Shown: positions 24,479 to 37,969, numbered from the stretch's first letter. The stretch: 64,000 nt of DNA from Anthoceros angustus (GCA_010909165.1 VJWM01000106.1:1-64000), one strand, 5' to 3'. Translations and numbers: made by a program. The notes: generated by a model not told the origin, from the sequence alone.

Positions 24479-24725
24479 ATGTCTACCTCATTTGCCCCCT
24501 CTTCAATATCTGAATTAAAAGAAAAAGATAGATTTAATGGTAACCAATATCACATTTGGCGTGTTCGGATGAGGGCTGTTCTTGTCGCTAGGAAAGTGTG
24601 GACTGTGGTCGATGGGACCCGCAAGGAGCCAGCCGCAGCAGCCCCAGGAACTACACTTTCAGCTGCTCAACAAACCCTCCTGGACGAATGGACTTCAGCC
24701 AACGAACTTGCTGTAGCACTAATCA
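24479..24725 (+). pseudogene. gag: Copia gag N-terminus (truncated duplicate)
   Basis: MSTSFAPSSISELKEKDRFNGNQYHIWRVRMRAVL (F.G.NY..W..M type gag start); breaks off into flank sequence. Confidence 0.8.
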
Positions 24726-25107
24726 AGTTGGACAATGGTCATGGATTCTTTGAAGAGGAAAGTATTGTGGAGATAACTACTTGGAAGCATCTGGCCGTGA
24801 GAAGCCAAAGATGCTAGAGGTGTTGCACCAAGGTGCTGAAAGTAGTTATCTTGAAGAGAGGGAAGGATGAGATTTTGGCCATTTCATGCTTTACTTGGCT
24901 ATAAATTTTGTAAGATAGGTCATGTAAAAGCCGCTTCAAACTCATCATGTTTAGCTATCTTTATGCGAACTTGATATTGATGTTCATCGAATTGCCCGAT
25001 GAACAATTTGTGCTCTCGAATTTCAAACTTTGAGCACGTGTTCCACATACGTTTACACGGAATGAGCTATAGCTCATTCTCAGAGCTCTGAACAAGCTTC
25101 AATTTAA

Positions 25108-25300
25108 TGTTAAGATAACAAGCTCTCACACTTAGGGTTGTATATATTTAATTTAGATTAAATATGTTTAGTTGAAGTGAAATAACATGACTCTAGGTCA
25201 TGAGTATTTAAACACATCTTGTAATCTTTTGTATATTATTATTCATTCGCTTTTGGCAACAACCGCTTGCACAACCTCCACATCTTTCACATCCTTCACA
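25108..25300 (+). repeat. Second copy of the Copia 5' LTR with identical upstream flank
   Basis: Same aagcttcaatttaa flank and PBS as 22623. Confidence 0.9.
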
Positions 25301-26974
25301 TGGTATCGAGCCATGCACACAAGATTTTAGAAATGCCTAGGTGGATTCACATCCGAGAATCGCTAAGTCAAGACGGATGGAAGGGGAAATCGCTCCCGTG
25401 GGCGTTTTTCTCCCGGATCCCATAACAACTTTTTCGATAAAAATTGGATCGATTTGAGGATACAATCCGACTACGAGGTTGAAGATCTTGTTGGCCGTAA
25501 TACACAAGCGGTGTGGAGGCATGCAGCAAAACTTGAACCCGCGATCACCCATGGAATACGCGGTGTGAAACCACCAGACCACACTCGGCTTATCGTTATC
25601 CCTAGAGATACTAGTCTTTGTCGCCGAGGCGATCTAGAGGATCTCTACCCTCCGCCGCAGGCCTGACTGCCATCCACAGCCTTCTTGATCGGTGGCTCCG
25701 GGTGATGGGCGCGAGGCGGCAGTGGCCAGCGAGGCAGCCTTTCTTGCAGGTACGTGCTTGGTGGGATTGAGCCCCGGCCAGAAGGTGGAGGACCCGGTGG
25801 CTGCCGGGTCGGGTGCAACACGGGAAGGAGCCCGAATCAGCCAGGCACTGCGTTTTTTGGCTGGAGATCTGATGCTGGGCACCACCAGAGATGGTGGTGC
25901 CTCATCCCCCTAGCTTTTTTTTTGCTTCCGCTGCAGGGGGAGGCCGAGATTCGAACCGGCGCGTTCGATCTGGCCTTAGCATCGGCCTCGTGAGGATGCT
26001 CCGTGGCTAGAAGGAGACGCCTGGGATGCAGTGCGGTCTTGGCGCTTGGATGCTCCCGTGACGGTTAGGTTTGGGCTCGCAGTCCTGGAATTGTGGTGCC
26101 TTCGAATTTGCCGTGGGAATTGAGGCGCCGGCCATTGCGCTGGCGTGGGACACGAGGAGGCTTGATCATCTAACCTACCGAATCAGCGGATGCACTCGAT
26201 TTGCTTGGAGGCGTCTGGCACCACGGTGTGTGCCCATCTCTAGCCCTTCCGTATGCGGGGCCGGTCGAACCTGTCGACCGCGGGACATCGCGGGTGCGTT
26301 TGATCGCTTTTGTGGTTTTCGGGATCCTGTGGTGGTGCGCTCGATTTGGGCGGGCTCGAGGATCTTGGAGCCGCTGGGCTTTCAGTGTTTCCACATTTCT
26401 CGATCCATCTGTTGTTTGATAGGATTGATACCGGCAGTTTTTTTCTTGTCGGCATGTTCTTGCCGAGTGAGCCGTGGCTTGTGAGGAGGTGTTTCTCTTG
26501 TTGTTTCACGTGCGCCCCTTGCTGCTTGCTCGCTTTTTATTCGCTCACCTGCTAACGTGTGCGAGCATTGGGTAACCATCGTCAGGTCGGGCGGATAGCC
26601 TCCCAGGATGGCCCCATCACAGCCTCCTTACACAGCAAGTTAGCGTAACTAGCATTCTTTTTATGCATAAATAGAAATTTTATGTAACCCATTTTACCAT
26701 ATTCATTTCTGTAACATATTTATTTTTGAATTTATCCTGTTTTTCTTCAACAAAGGTACATATTTTTTTGCTGCTTCTTCACCTAGCCATAGTCTAGTGG
26801 GAGAGCCATCGTATGTCACTTTTTGGAGGCAGGGATTCTGTTTTTGAGCACGAAGAGGATTCGCTCGTCGACGATCCTCTTCGAGTACACATAAGCACAC
26901 ACAAGACAATAAAAAAAACACAACAGCAAGCACAACCATTATCACATAGCACAAACACCAACACTCACGTAAAC

Positions 26975-29900
26975 ATGTCTACCTCATTTGCCCCTCTTCA
27001 ATATCGAATTAAAAGAAAAGGATAGATTTAATGGTAACCAATATCACATTTGGCGTGTTCGGATGAGGTGTTCTTGTCGCTAGGAAAGTGTGGACTGGTC
27101 GATGGGACCCGCAAAAGCGCCCGGAACTACACTTTCGGCTCAACAAACCCTCACAGGCGAATGGACTTCAGCCAACGAACTTGCTGTAGCACTAATCATA
27201 AGTGGTCTGGATGCTGTTTTAATTCCAGATGTAGAATATTTGCTCAAGGCTCACGAGATCTGGGCGCAGCTTGAGAAAACATATCGGGTGCGTAATCGGA
27301 TGGCCCTTTGTGCTGCTAGGCAGGAGCTGTTCACACTTAAGATGAAGGAGTCTGATAAGGTTGCAGTTTTTACGAGCAAGTTCAGACATTTACGCGTGGA
27401 CCTGGTATCTTTTGGTTCTACTATGGATGAAGAGGACGCCATTGCCCAACTGCTGATCAGCCTCCCACCATCCTATCAAAATTTTGTGAGTATACAAAAT
27501 GGCCCAATTCATCCCTCAGGAGCTGCGACAACATCCAGCACCCGGACATTGGAGGATGTTATTGGCGCATTGTACCAGGAGGAGCAAAGTCGGCAGCTTA
27601 TGTCAGGTGGACATAAACACAAGAGTGAAAAGGTGTTGGCTGCACAATTCAAGCCGAACAAAAATAAAGGGAAGACTCAAGGGTCGGTCGGTGATAATGA
27701 CTCGGATCTTCTTCCACTAAAAGGACGAGGCTAATTGGTGTGGGATAGGGCCTGGCCCGTAGCCCGCAGAAGAAGGCGGTGAGCAGCAAACCTACTTCAA
27801 AGATGGCGTGAAAGGCAAGTAGGTGACCATGATAAATCTCTGAAGATTTATACTATTTACTGTCTAGCTCCACGAGGATAGTACCGTTGGTATCGGACTC
27901 GAGCAACTACATATTTGTATGGACAAGGACCGGTTTTCACATCGCATCTACTCAAAGTATCCGAGAAAGTCTTTGTTGGGAGATGAGAGGTGAGGCGGAT
28001 TGCGATCGAGGGCACGGATGTGTACCTTTATCCGCCGGACAACACGAGCTTACCCTTGACAGTCGTATGTCCGGATGGCGAAGAATTTGATGTCACTTAG
28101 CGGTTGAAGTCGCATGCTCTTCTTATGCAAGCTGACCAGGTGTCTTGTTCCTTTAGCAAGGCAGATTCACCTAGCATCTGTGCCTTGAGGGGTGGTAGTC
28201 AACGACTTGTACAAGGTGAACATCATCGCAAGCCTACTCATACGATGTTCCACAGTACTCACATGGACGAAGAATGGTGCATTGTGGCATGCTGCCTCGG
28301 ACACGTCAACCGAGCAAAGGCGGTGGACATGTCCAACAAGGAATGTTTTCGAGAACCCCACCAAGTGTTTCAAGGACCTTACGGTCTGAAGCATGTATCC
28401 TTAAGAAGAAGGAGGCTCCTTTCCCTAACGCGCACATAGGGCATCACAAGTATTATTGGTCCATGCGGACATATCGGAAGATACATGAGGCTTCACTTGG
28501 AGGATCGTTACTACTTATGCTTGAAGCGACTATAGTAGGTATCGTGGACCTTTCCTGTGCGGTTGAAGAGTGATACATTCACTTGTTTCCGGGAATGGTT
28601 GCCGATTGCCCGGCGATCTGGTCATCTTCTTAGAATCTTGTACGGACAATGGGACGGAATTTGTCAACGCCGCTTACCTGCCCAACATGGCATTGTTGTC
28701 GGTGATTACCCTATACTCAACAACAGAACGGAGTTGCCGAGCGCAAGAACCAAACTCTGTTAGGAATGACAAGGAGTATGCTGCTTTGGGCAGGTCTCCC
28801 TCAAGGGTATTGGGCAGAGGCCGTAGTTGCTGCGACGTACATTCTCAATCGGGTGCTCACCAGTGCTGTACATGGACGGACACCATATGAGGTATTTTGG
28901 AAGCGCAAGCCTAGCCTACTTCATCTTCGAGTATTTGGAGCTAAGGCCTTCGCTATATCCCTTCCGAAAGAGGAGGAAGCTTGACATGAGAGCCAAGGGC
29001 CTTGTTTTCGTAGGATACATGCCAAGGACAAGCTCTATGATCCGATTACTCACTCTCTAACCTTAGCCCGTGGCGTCACTTTCATTGAACCTAGCTATGC
29101 TCATGGTGAACCAAGCAGCACATGGAGCACATCCATTAGTTGTTTATGATGATGAAGGTGATGAAATTGCTATGTATCCACAAGATGATGAGTTGCCAGC
29201 TAACCCTCCGCTTGTTTTAGATGCACAGGATATCCAGCATGACCCTCCACATGACCATGAACCTCTCATGGAAGATGTAGTTCCTGACCTTATTCAGGAT
29301 GACCATGAACCTGCTTTAGAGGCAGACGTCATGCTGCCACAGGTTGTAGAAGTCCCACCAGAACCCGAGTTGCGCAGATCCACCCGCCAAAGACCACCTA
29401 GAGCCGAGTGGATTGAGCCCCCCTATGAGTCTTTAGATTTTCGCAACACTTCCACATCACTTGCTGCTGTCATCCCTGATGAGCCGATCAATTTGAAGCA
29501 AGCCCTGTCTGGCTCTGATGGTGACAAGTGGCGTATCGAGAGGATGAGTATCAATCCTTGATCAAGAACAATACTTGGAAGTTAGTGGATTTGCCACAGC
29601 GGAAACCCATCTCGTGCAAGTGGGTTTTCAAGCACAAGCTCAACTCGAAGGAGAGATAGCGTTATAAATCTCGACTCGTTGCTAGGGGATTCACGCGGGT
29701 TGAAGGCCTAGATTATCAAGAGACATTCATCTGGTTAGATCTCAATCCATTAGGATGTTACTTGCTATGGCAACGGAACATGATTTGTATCTCGCATCAA
29801 ATGGATGTTTGCACAACAGATTTGTGCAAGCTTGAGGAGGAACTTTATATGCAACAACGAGGGGTATGTTGATTCTAAATACCCCAACAAAGTTTTATTA

Positions 29901-30900
29901 CTTCTCAAATGTATTTATGGCCTCAAGCAATCGGTAGAGTATGGTACTTTACCATGCATGTTTACTTATTGAAATTAACTTTGTACAAAATCGCTGATTC
30001 CAATATATATATGCTTACCAAGGCTCCTCATACGTCATTTTGGCTTTATATGTTGATGACGTAATATTAGCCACAAATGACAAGACCCTTTTAGAACATG
30101 TCAAGCTTTTATCTAACAAATTTGAAATGAAGGATATTGGTGACTTGAAGTTTTGTTTAGGGATCCAGTTGGTGATGGGGTGATGGCCATACATCAAAAC
30201 AAGTACATCAAGGAAATTTTGACTAAGTTTCATATGGGAGCGACCAGCCACTACTCCAGCTATGGGTGTGAAGCTCACTAGTCTTCAATGTGCAAACCCC
30301 GGAGGCGATTGGATATCTGAGGATGTTCCATATAGACACGCAATGGAAGTCTCATTTTGTGGGTGGACCCGACCGATATTCGGTATCTGTAAGCACGTGT
30401 CAGATTTCTAGAACATTGCAGGGCTCATTGGGTTGCCAAGCGTATTTTCAGATACTTAAAAGGCACTTTGACACATGGGCTCATATAAGCGTGGTGGCAG
30501 GCTAAACTCATTCTACAAGGTTTCTGAGATGCCGATTGGGCGTCGTCGACTCCTGACCTCTCCACATATTGCTTTCTTCTTGCGGAGCTGCCATTAATTG
30601 GAGTTGCAAGAAACAACCCTCTATATCTTTGTCTTCAACGGAGGCGGTATAAATCTCTCTGAAGCCACCAAGGAGGTGAATGGGAGAGGAGGTTTTACAA
30701 GACTTGGGGAGACCTGACCCTACCCCATACTTTGTGACAACATGTCGATTGCTTTGGTTGCTAACCCTCGTTTCCACGCACCAAGCATATAGAGATATCC
30801 CATCACTACATGGGATCTTTGTGGATAGAGGGGTAACAAGGTTAGCTTTGTTGGAACAGATGATAATGTGGCCGACATTCTAACCAAAGCACTTTCAAAG
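26975..30900 (+). pseudogene. pol: Copia gag-pol (frameshifted)
   Basis: UBN2-like gag (ORF 27090-27734), LWH..LGH pre-integrase, TDNGTEFVN, LPQGYWAEAVVAATYILNR, RT LYVDD, RNase H ADILTKAL. Confidence 0.9.
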
Positions 30901-31219
30901 CCAAAACACTATAAGCATATGGATGGCTTAGGGCTGGGTGATTACTCAGCATATGTGAATGGCACATAGTACATGGGAGAACAGATAACTCAGTGGATGA
31001 AGCTACATGCAGACAACCAGTCGTGAGTTATTTATCTTCAAGTTGTTTGTTCATGAGTTTTTCTTCAAATTCGTGCTGCAACTACGCCCGGGCACATGTG
31101 TTTTCTACCAGAGTGGGGACGCCCATGCATGGAGAATCATTGGCGGTGGACTATTTGCTTGTTTTGTTTTGTTTTGTGGAGCGCTTTGGACAAAGCTGTT
31201 ACCTAAGCGTGAAGCTTGA

Positions 31220-33935
31220 GATGAGAGCCAAGGGCCTTGTTTTCGTAGGATACATGAGGCGCCAAGGCATACAAGCTCTATGATCCGGTTACTCACTCTC
31301 TAACCTTAGCCCGTGGCGTCACTTTCATTGAACCTAGCTATGCTCATGGTGAACGGCACCGGGGAGGGAGCACATCCATTAGTTGTTTATGATGATGAGC
31401 GGGACGATGAGGTACACTATGTATCCACAAGATGATGAGTTGCCGCTAACCCTCCGCTTTTAGATGCAGGGATATCGACGATGACCCTCCACATGACCTG
31501 AACCTCTCATGGAAGATGTAGTTCACGACCTTATTCGATGACCATGAACTGCTTTAGGCGGGCGTCATGCTGCGTTGTAGAAGTCCCACCGACGAGCGCG
31601 AGATCCACCCGCCAAAGACCACCTAGAGCCGAGTGGATTGAGCCCCCTATGAGTCTATAGATTTTCGCAACACTTCCACATCACTTGCTGTCATCACGAT
31701 GAGCCAATCGAAGCAAGCCCTGCTCGATGGTGACAAGTGGCGATATATCGAGAGGATGAGTATCAATCCTTGATCAAGAACAATACTTGGAAGTTAGTGG
31801 ATTTGCCACAGCGTGAAAACCCATCTCGTGCAAGTGGGTTTTCAAGCACAAGCTCAACTCGAAAGGAGAGATAGCACGTTATAAATCTCGACTCGTTGCT
31901 AGGGATTCACAGTTGAAGGCCTAGATTATCAAGAGACATTCATCTGTGGTTAGATCTCAATCCATTAGGATGTTACTTTGTAACAGCGGAACATGATTTG
32001 TATCTCGCATCAAATGGATGTTTGCACGTATTTGTACGGCAAGCTTGAGGAGGAACTTTATATGCAACAACTGAGGGGTATGTTGATTCTAAATACCCCA
32101 ACAAAGTTTTATTACTTCTCAAATGTATTTATGGCCTCAAGCAATCGGTAGAGTATGGTACTTTACCATGCATGTTTACTTATTGAAATTAACTTTGTAC
32201 AAAATCTTGATTCCAATATATATATGCTTACCCAAGGCTCCTCATCGTCATTTTGGCTTTATATGTTGATGACGTAATATTAGCCACAAATGACAAGACC
32301 CTTTTAGAACATGTCAAGCGACTTTTATCTAACAAATTTGAAATGAAGGATATTGGTGACTTGAAGTTTTGTTTAGGGATCCAGTTGGTGAGGTGATGGG
32401 GTGATGGCCATACATCAAAACAAGTACATCAAGGAAATTTTGACTAAGTTTCATATGGACACGACCGCCACTACTCCATTGCTATGGCAACGGAACATGA
32501 TTTGTATCTCGCATCAAATGGATGTTTGTTTACAATGTTTATGCGCAAGCTTGAGGAGGAACTTTATATGCAACAACGAGGGGTATGTTGATTCTAAATA
32601 CCCCAACAAAGTTTTATTACTTCTCAAATGTATTTATGGCCTCAAGCAACTGTAGAGTATGGTACTTTACCATGCATGTTTACTTATTGAAATTAACTTT
32701 GTACAAAATCGCTGATTCCAATATATATATGCTTACCCAAGGCTCCTCATCGTCATTTTGGCTTTATATGTTGATGACGTATTAGCCACAAATGACAAGA
32801 CCCTTTTAGAACATGTCAAGCAGCTTTTATCTAACAAATTTGAAATGAAGGATATTGGTGACTTGAAGTTTTGTTTAGGGATCCAGTTGGTGAGGGCTGA
32901 TGGGGTGATAGCCATACATCAAAACAAGTACATCAAGGAAATTTTGGCTAAGTTTCATATGGACGAGGCACGACCAGCCACTACTCCAGCTGCTATGGGT
33001 GTGAAGCTCACTAGTCTTCAAATGCACCCGGAGGAGCGATTGGATATGCAGGATGTTCCATATAGAACTGGAAGTCTCATTTTGTGGCGGGTGGACCCGA
33101 CGATATTCGTATCTTTATAAGCACAGTGTCGCAGATTTCTAGAACATCCGGGCGGGGCTCATTGGGTTCTTGGTCAAGCGTATTTTCGATACTTAAAAGG
33201 CACTTTGACACATGGGCTCATATATAAGCGTAGTGGCAAGGCTAAACTCATTCTACAAGGTTTTACAGGTCTGGGCGATACGATCGACGTCGCGGCCTCT
33301 CCACATATTGCTTTCTTCTTGCGACGCCATTAATTGGAGTTGCAAGAAACAACCCTCTATATCTTTGTCTTCAGCGGAGGCAAGTATAAATCTCCTTGAA
33401 GCCACCAAGGAGGCTGAATGGGAGAGGAGGTTTTACAAGACTTGGGGCGCATACAAGACCCTACCCCATACTTTGTGACAACATGTCATTGCTTTGGTTG
33501 CTAACCCCACGCACCAAGCATATAGAGATATCCCATCACTACATGGGATCTGTGGATAGAGGGGTAACAAGGTTAGCTTTGTTGGAGCAGATGATAATGT
33601 GGCCGACATTCTAACCAAAGCACTTTCAAAGCCAAAACACTATAAGCATATGGATGGCTTAGGGAAGGTGATTACTCAGATATGTGAATGGCACATAGTA
33701 CATGGAGAAACGATAACTCGGTGGATGAAGCTACATGCAGAACCGATCATTATTTATCTTCAAGTTGTTTGTTCATGAGTTTTCTTCAAATTGATTTCAC
33801 TACGTTACATGTGTTTTCTACCACAGAGTGGGGGCCTTGCATGGAGAATCATTGTGGTGGACTATTTGCTGTTTTGTTTTGTTTTGTGGAGCGCTTTGGA
33901 CAAAGCTGTTACCTAAGCGTGAAGCTTGAGAGGAG
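31220..33935 (+). repeat. Staggered duplicate of Copia 28985-31219 (RT-RH), itself containing a ~500 bp re-duplication near 32478
   Basis: atgagagccaagggccttgttttcgtaggatac restarts at about 31220; ttgctatggcaacggaacatg restarts at about 32478. Confidence 0.85.
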
Positions 33936-34123
33936 TGTTAAGATAACAAGCTCTGTCACACTTAGGGTTGTATATATTTAATTTAGATTAAATATGTTTA
34001 GTTGAAGTGAAATAACATGACTCTAGGTCATGAGTATTTAAACACATCTTGTAATCTTTTGTATATTATTATTCATTCGGTTTGGCAACAACCGGCACCT
34101 CCACATCTTTCACATCCTTCACA
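33936..34123 (+). repeat. Copia 3' LTR
   Basis: Preceded by PPT gagaggag, ends ttcaca, followed by TSD tttaa. Confidence 0.95.
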
Positions 34124-35079
34124 TTTAATTGCCCTGTATTACATTTTGGTTGTGCCTAGCATAAGTTATGAACAAAATGAGCATCTCATTACCAGGCCTC
34201 AACCCCGAATGCTCTATGTTTTTGGCTTTGAGCAATAGCTCATCCTGCCCTTCAGACAAGCTTCAATTTGATTACCCTGTACCAAAATTCGGTTATGTCC
34301 AGCAGAAGATATGTACGACAACATGCATCTCGTATACTAGGCCTCACTCCTGCGTGCTCTATATCTTTGGGTTCTTCACCACTTACATGGGATGCGTCCC
34401 CGTTCTCATATGTGTCCATGATATGCTGAATGGCTACCCCGTTCTCATGTATGTGCCCATGTGTTCGCAACGGTAACGTATGTTCCATGTGTTCACATGG
34501 TGCACTCACCGACTCTGGCTCGCGCTCGTGGTCGTAAGTCACGGATGAGAGAGACAAGATGGTAGGCCCCATCACATCAAGGCAACCAAGCATTAAAGCC
34601 CCGACGAATTTTAGTGAGCGGCTTTCCAAAGTAGCAAGCACAAAAGAGTATATTTATTTAAAGCAAACAAAGGATGTTTACATAGGTATCCAGACAATTT
34701 GGTTCATGTCAAGACCTACTTCCAGACCTCATGACAAGTCATGTCCAGCAAGCAGTCCTGACTTTGTCCCACACTTATTGCGATATGATGCGCATGAGGT
34801 GCATGTTGATATGTATGGATCAGCTAGCTATAGGCACCTGCCCTCAGCTAACATCCACATGATTCCAACCTTGATCTGCTGTTATAGCTATAGCGCTCTG
34901 CAGGAGCATTATATACTTCCCTCAGCATCGCAGGAGGTACTAGACACAAACGGAACACGACCATGGATCAATTCACGCCCTTGGAACTGGAGCTCAAGGT
35001 GGTCGGAACATGAGGTATGTGCAAGACCACGCTGATGAGAACCCGTTCGACATGCCAATGGCACGCAGCGCTTGTCAAT

Positions 35080-35498
35080 CTAGGAATGGCGGATCTGGAA
35101 GGTGAAGGATCCAGAGCCGATGCTTCCAGAGACGCGGGCGGTGCCACCACATTCGCAACACAGTTGGCGAGGATGATATTGAGGTTGTTTCCGGCGTTGG
35201 AGCAGGAGGTGCAGCTGCCCTGCGACCCACAGATGTCGACGGACGCACTGCCTGCCACGGCCATGCTGGTGCACCCGGATGAGCTGGTCTGGCAGCACTG
35301 AGACGACCCCAGGTTGCGCACGTACTGGACGCAGGCGTTGGCGTCGCCCTGTGTGGGCGAGTTGCCGTTGGTGGTGCACGACTGCGCCATTGCCACAGGC
35401 GCTGTCGCTGCCGCGCACAGCGCCAACACGATGAATGCGCCCACGATCATGGCGCCCGCCGACCGAGATGCGGTAGAGGAAGCAACTGTCTTGGCCAT
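35080..35498 (-). CDS. Small secreted cysteine-rich protein, copy 1 (one apparent frameshift near 35155)
   Basis: Hydrophobic signal-like segment MIVGAFIVLALCAAATAPVAMA, then QSCTTNGNSPTQGDANAC...NCVAN, with GGTARVSGSIGSGSFTFQIRHS* in the adjacent frame; about 140 aa, 9 Cys in the mature part. Confidence 0.8.
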
Positions 35499-35999
35499 TC
35501 TCGCAAACACTGGTGGGCGATTGCGATTCCACGTACGAGAGACTGATCGATGGATGCGGGAGAGTCTAGAGACTCAGAGTGTGATAAGCAGCAGACTTAG
35601 GCAGGCAGTGATGTGGGTGAGTGCATGCGAATACGAGGTGCCGGGTCCCTTCTTATAGCTGCCCAGGGCCAGCCGGCCTAGGCCTACCTCTACCTCGGAA
35701 GGATATCCGGACTTGTGACAAGGACAGGCCTAGGCCTGGGAGGCTGCGTGATCGCAACACACCAAGACCGGGGCCATCATAGCCGTGCAAATTCACGGGA
35801 TCATCTGCTCCAAGTGTGATGGTTGCTACGCGGCAGGCCCATACAGGCGCCTACATAGATTAAGATATACCCACAACGACTCAGAACTGACTTCAAGAGA
35901 TCGGTAGGTGGCGGGTATATATATATACAGTGATCTCACTAGTATGGGTACCGGTGGCAGATGGTTGAGAGGATTTGGACACAGTGAAAGTCATTCTTG

Positions 36000-37760
36000 T
36001 TTCATTAGGAATATCCTTCCAAGACTTGGAAGGAAGCTTCAATTCATGTTCCACCACAAGGCCGGTGGCTATGGACAATATAGTGGTCATCGTCTGTGGT
36101 CGTGGACCGGTGCCGGTTCTGACCAAAATGCATGTCACCAACACTTGCACCACTGTTCTCGTCACACTCTGGAATTTCTTTCAGCCTTCTCAGAGACTTC
36201 ACACGGAACTCCCGTGTGCGTAAATCATGCCGGTCTGATTGGGACATCCTGTGTGTGTGTAAATCGTGCCAGTCTACTGGGCTCGTTGGCTTCCTTGTAC
36301 TGTTCACCGCGAGATCCCCTTTTATAAAGATAAAATACATGCACGAGACCAATGTATAGCAAAGGTTGTATGCGTGCACTACTTGCTGTTCGGTAGTGGT
36401 GAAATTAGACTCTGCCACGGTCCAGCATTCCGTTGAGTCTTAGAAAGACAAGTTTTCCAGTGATCAGTGGGATTGATTTATCAGCGGAAATCTGGAACAT
36501 GGTCATTTCGGCGTGCTTCAAGCTTGAAGGAGGAGTTCATCAAGATCCTGCTTGATTACTTTTGCTGCATGTGGCAATAACAATCACACCATGTGCTCAC
36601 ATGCTAGATTGCGTGTGATGTCTTGGAGTGTGCAGTGGGATTGACTTAAGCAGAAGGAATGAGCTTATAGAAGAGAACGGAGAAGCAGCGGCGGCCATGA
36701 CACTGCACATGTCCAACGACACCACTGCATTCCAAATACTGTACTCTTATTGTGGACTGCACTCCACCTAATCCAAGAACTGCAGGAATTATGACTGCTG
36801 GCTTCGAAATGGCATCCATGTGATTACCCACAACAAGAGTGATAAATCAGAGCCCCTAAATGAGGCAATTGTCTGATGACTCCCACGAGCTCTATTGACA
36901 ACTCCTTGTTGAGGCATCCTTTTAATTTTGAAGTCTGCTTTCTTGTGACAGTATCTGATGCTTAGAGAACTCCAATGGGAGTCGGACACACCAGAGTCTT
37001 AAAACATACAGCTGTGCCAAAGTCTCTGACCTCTGCGCGCCTTGTGCTAGCATGTGCCAGTGAGTACCCCAAGTGGTGTTCCTTCCATTACAGCACGCAA
37101 CCATGGCCAGATGCATCTTCCAACTTGTGCTTACTTGAATTGTTTGTTGCATGGTCGAACTTTGGAGCTCCCTCCACTTGGCCAAGTAATCATGGCCAGA
37201 AATATGGTTGCCAACAATTCGGCTCACTTGAATTGTTTGCTGCAGTCGAACTTTGGAGTTCCCTCCATTTGGGCAAGCAACCATGGCCAGATGGTTAACG
37301 TTGCCAACATGTGCTTACTTGAAATGTTTGCTGCAATCCCTGAAACCTCGAGGCAGCGAGCATGCCGCTTGCATTGCACCCTGTAAGCTGTATGAGTGTT
37401 GCTGGCGAGTTTCTGGAGCCCTGGACTCAGGGCCCCAGAATATTTTGCCAGTTGATTCAATTCAGCAAGAAAGTTTGAAATTCAGCACAATGTCCAATTC
37501 TAATCTTTGTTGAAGCTCGGCAATGCTTCGGTTTTGGAGCGGCATCTTGGAGCTGAGACAGTCTCCTGTGCAGAAGAGGGACATATCCTGCTAGAAGCCC
37601 TGGGTTTTGGGGAGGTTGCGCAAGGATGCTGCGATTGTGGCAAAGAAATCCATGTAACGTTCCCTTCGGAGGCTGATTTCGGTCCGATGCAGCTTGCCGA
37701 AGCGTCACATTACAAATTAGCCTAGCAGATTTCTTTCGCTGTGTCTGCAAAGCTAAGTTG
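36000..37760. repeat. Diverged duplicated block (partner about 41250-41400 and 42240-42900) with ~90 bp internal repeats
   Basis: Shared ccatggacaatat..gtggt segment and aaccatggccagat...cacttgaattgtttgctgcagtcgaactttggag units. Confidence 0.7.
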
Positions 37761-37900
37761 GCCTACTTCGTAAAATCGGCAAAGCCCCAAAGAAAAGAAG
37801 AATCGTAATCGCAACAATTGAGTCGCAGTTCAGGGCTATCTCAAATTTATCATTTGTTTTAATACCTAAATCATATTACTGTTACGCGCGCTTACCAAAC

Positions 37901-37969
37901 CCACTGGTGGCCTAGTGATGAAAAGTCTCTGCCACGGTTCACACCCGGGTTCGATTCCCGACCAATGCG
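37901..37969 (+). pseudogene. tRNA-Gly(GCC) pseudogene
   Basis: Matches the plant tRNA-Gly(GCC) pattern: ctgccacgg anticodon loop, intact B box GGTTCGATTCC, 3' ccaatgc. The 5' acceptor strand and D arm are mutated; CAA upstream and a T-run near 37990. Confidence 0.8.

Larger units (their letters stand above)
22623..34123 (+). mobile_element. Ty1/Copia LTR retrotransposon (with internal staggered duplications)
   Basis: ~195 bp LTRs TGTTAAG...TTCACA, TTTAA TSD on both sides, PBS TGGTATCAGAGC, PPT GAGAGGAG, order gag-PR-INT-RT-RH. Confidence 0.95.

Noticed and set aside
20014-25300. Extra Copia LTRs at 20014 and 25108 as solo LTRs or nested insertions
   Set aside because: They share the identical upstream flank and TSD with 22623, so they are duplications of one insertion.
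37901-37969. Functional tRNA-Gly gene
   Set aside because: The acceptor stem (ccactgg vs ccaatgc) and D arm have several mismatches, more than the local error rate suggests; called a pseudogene.
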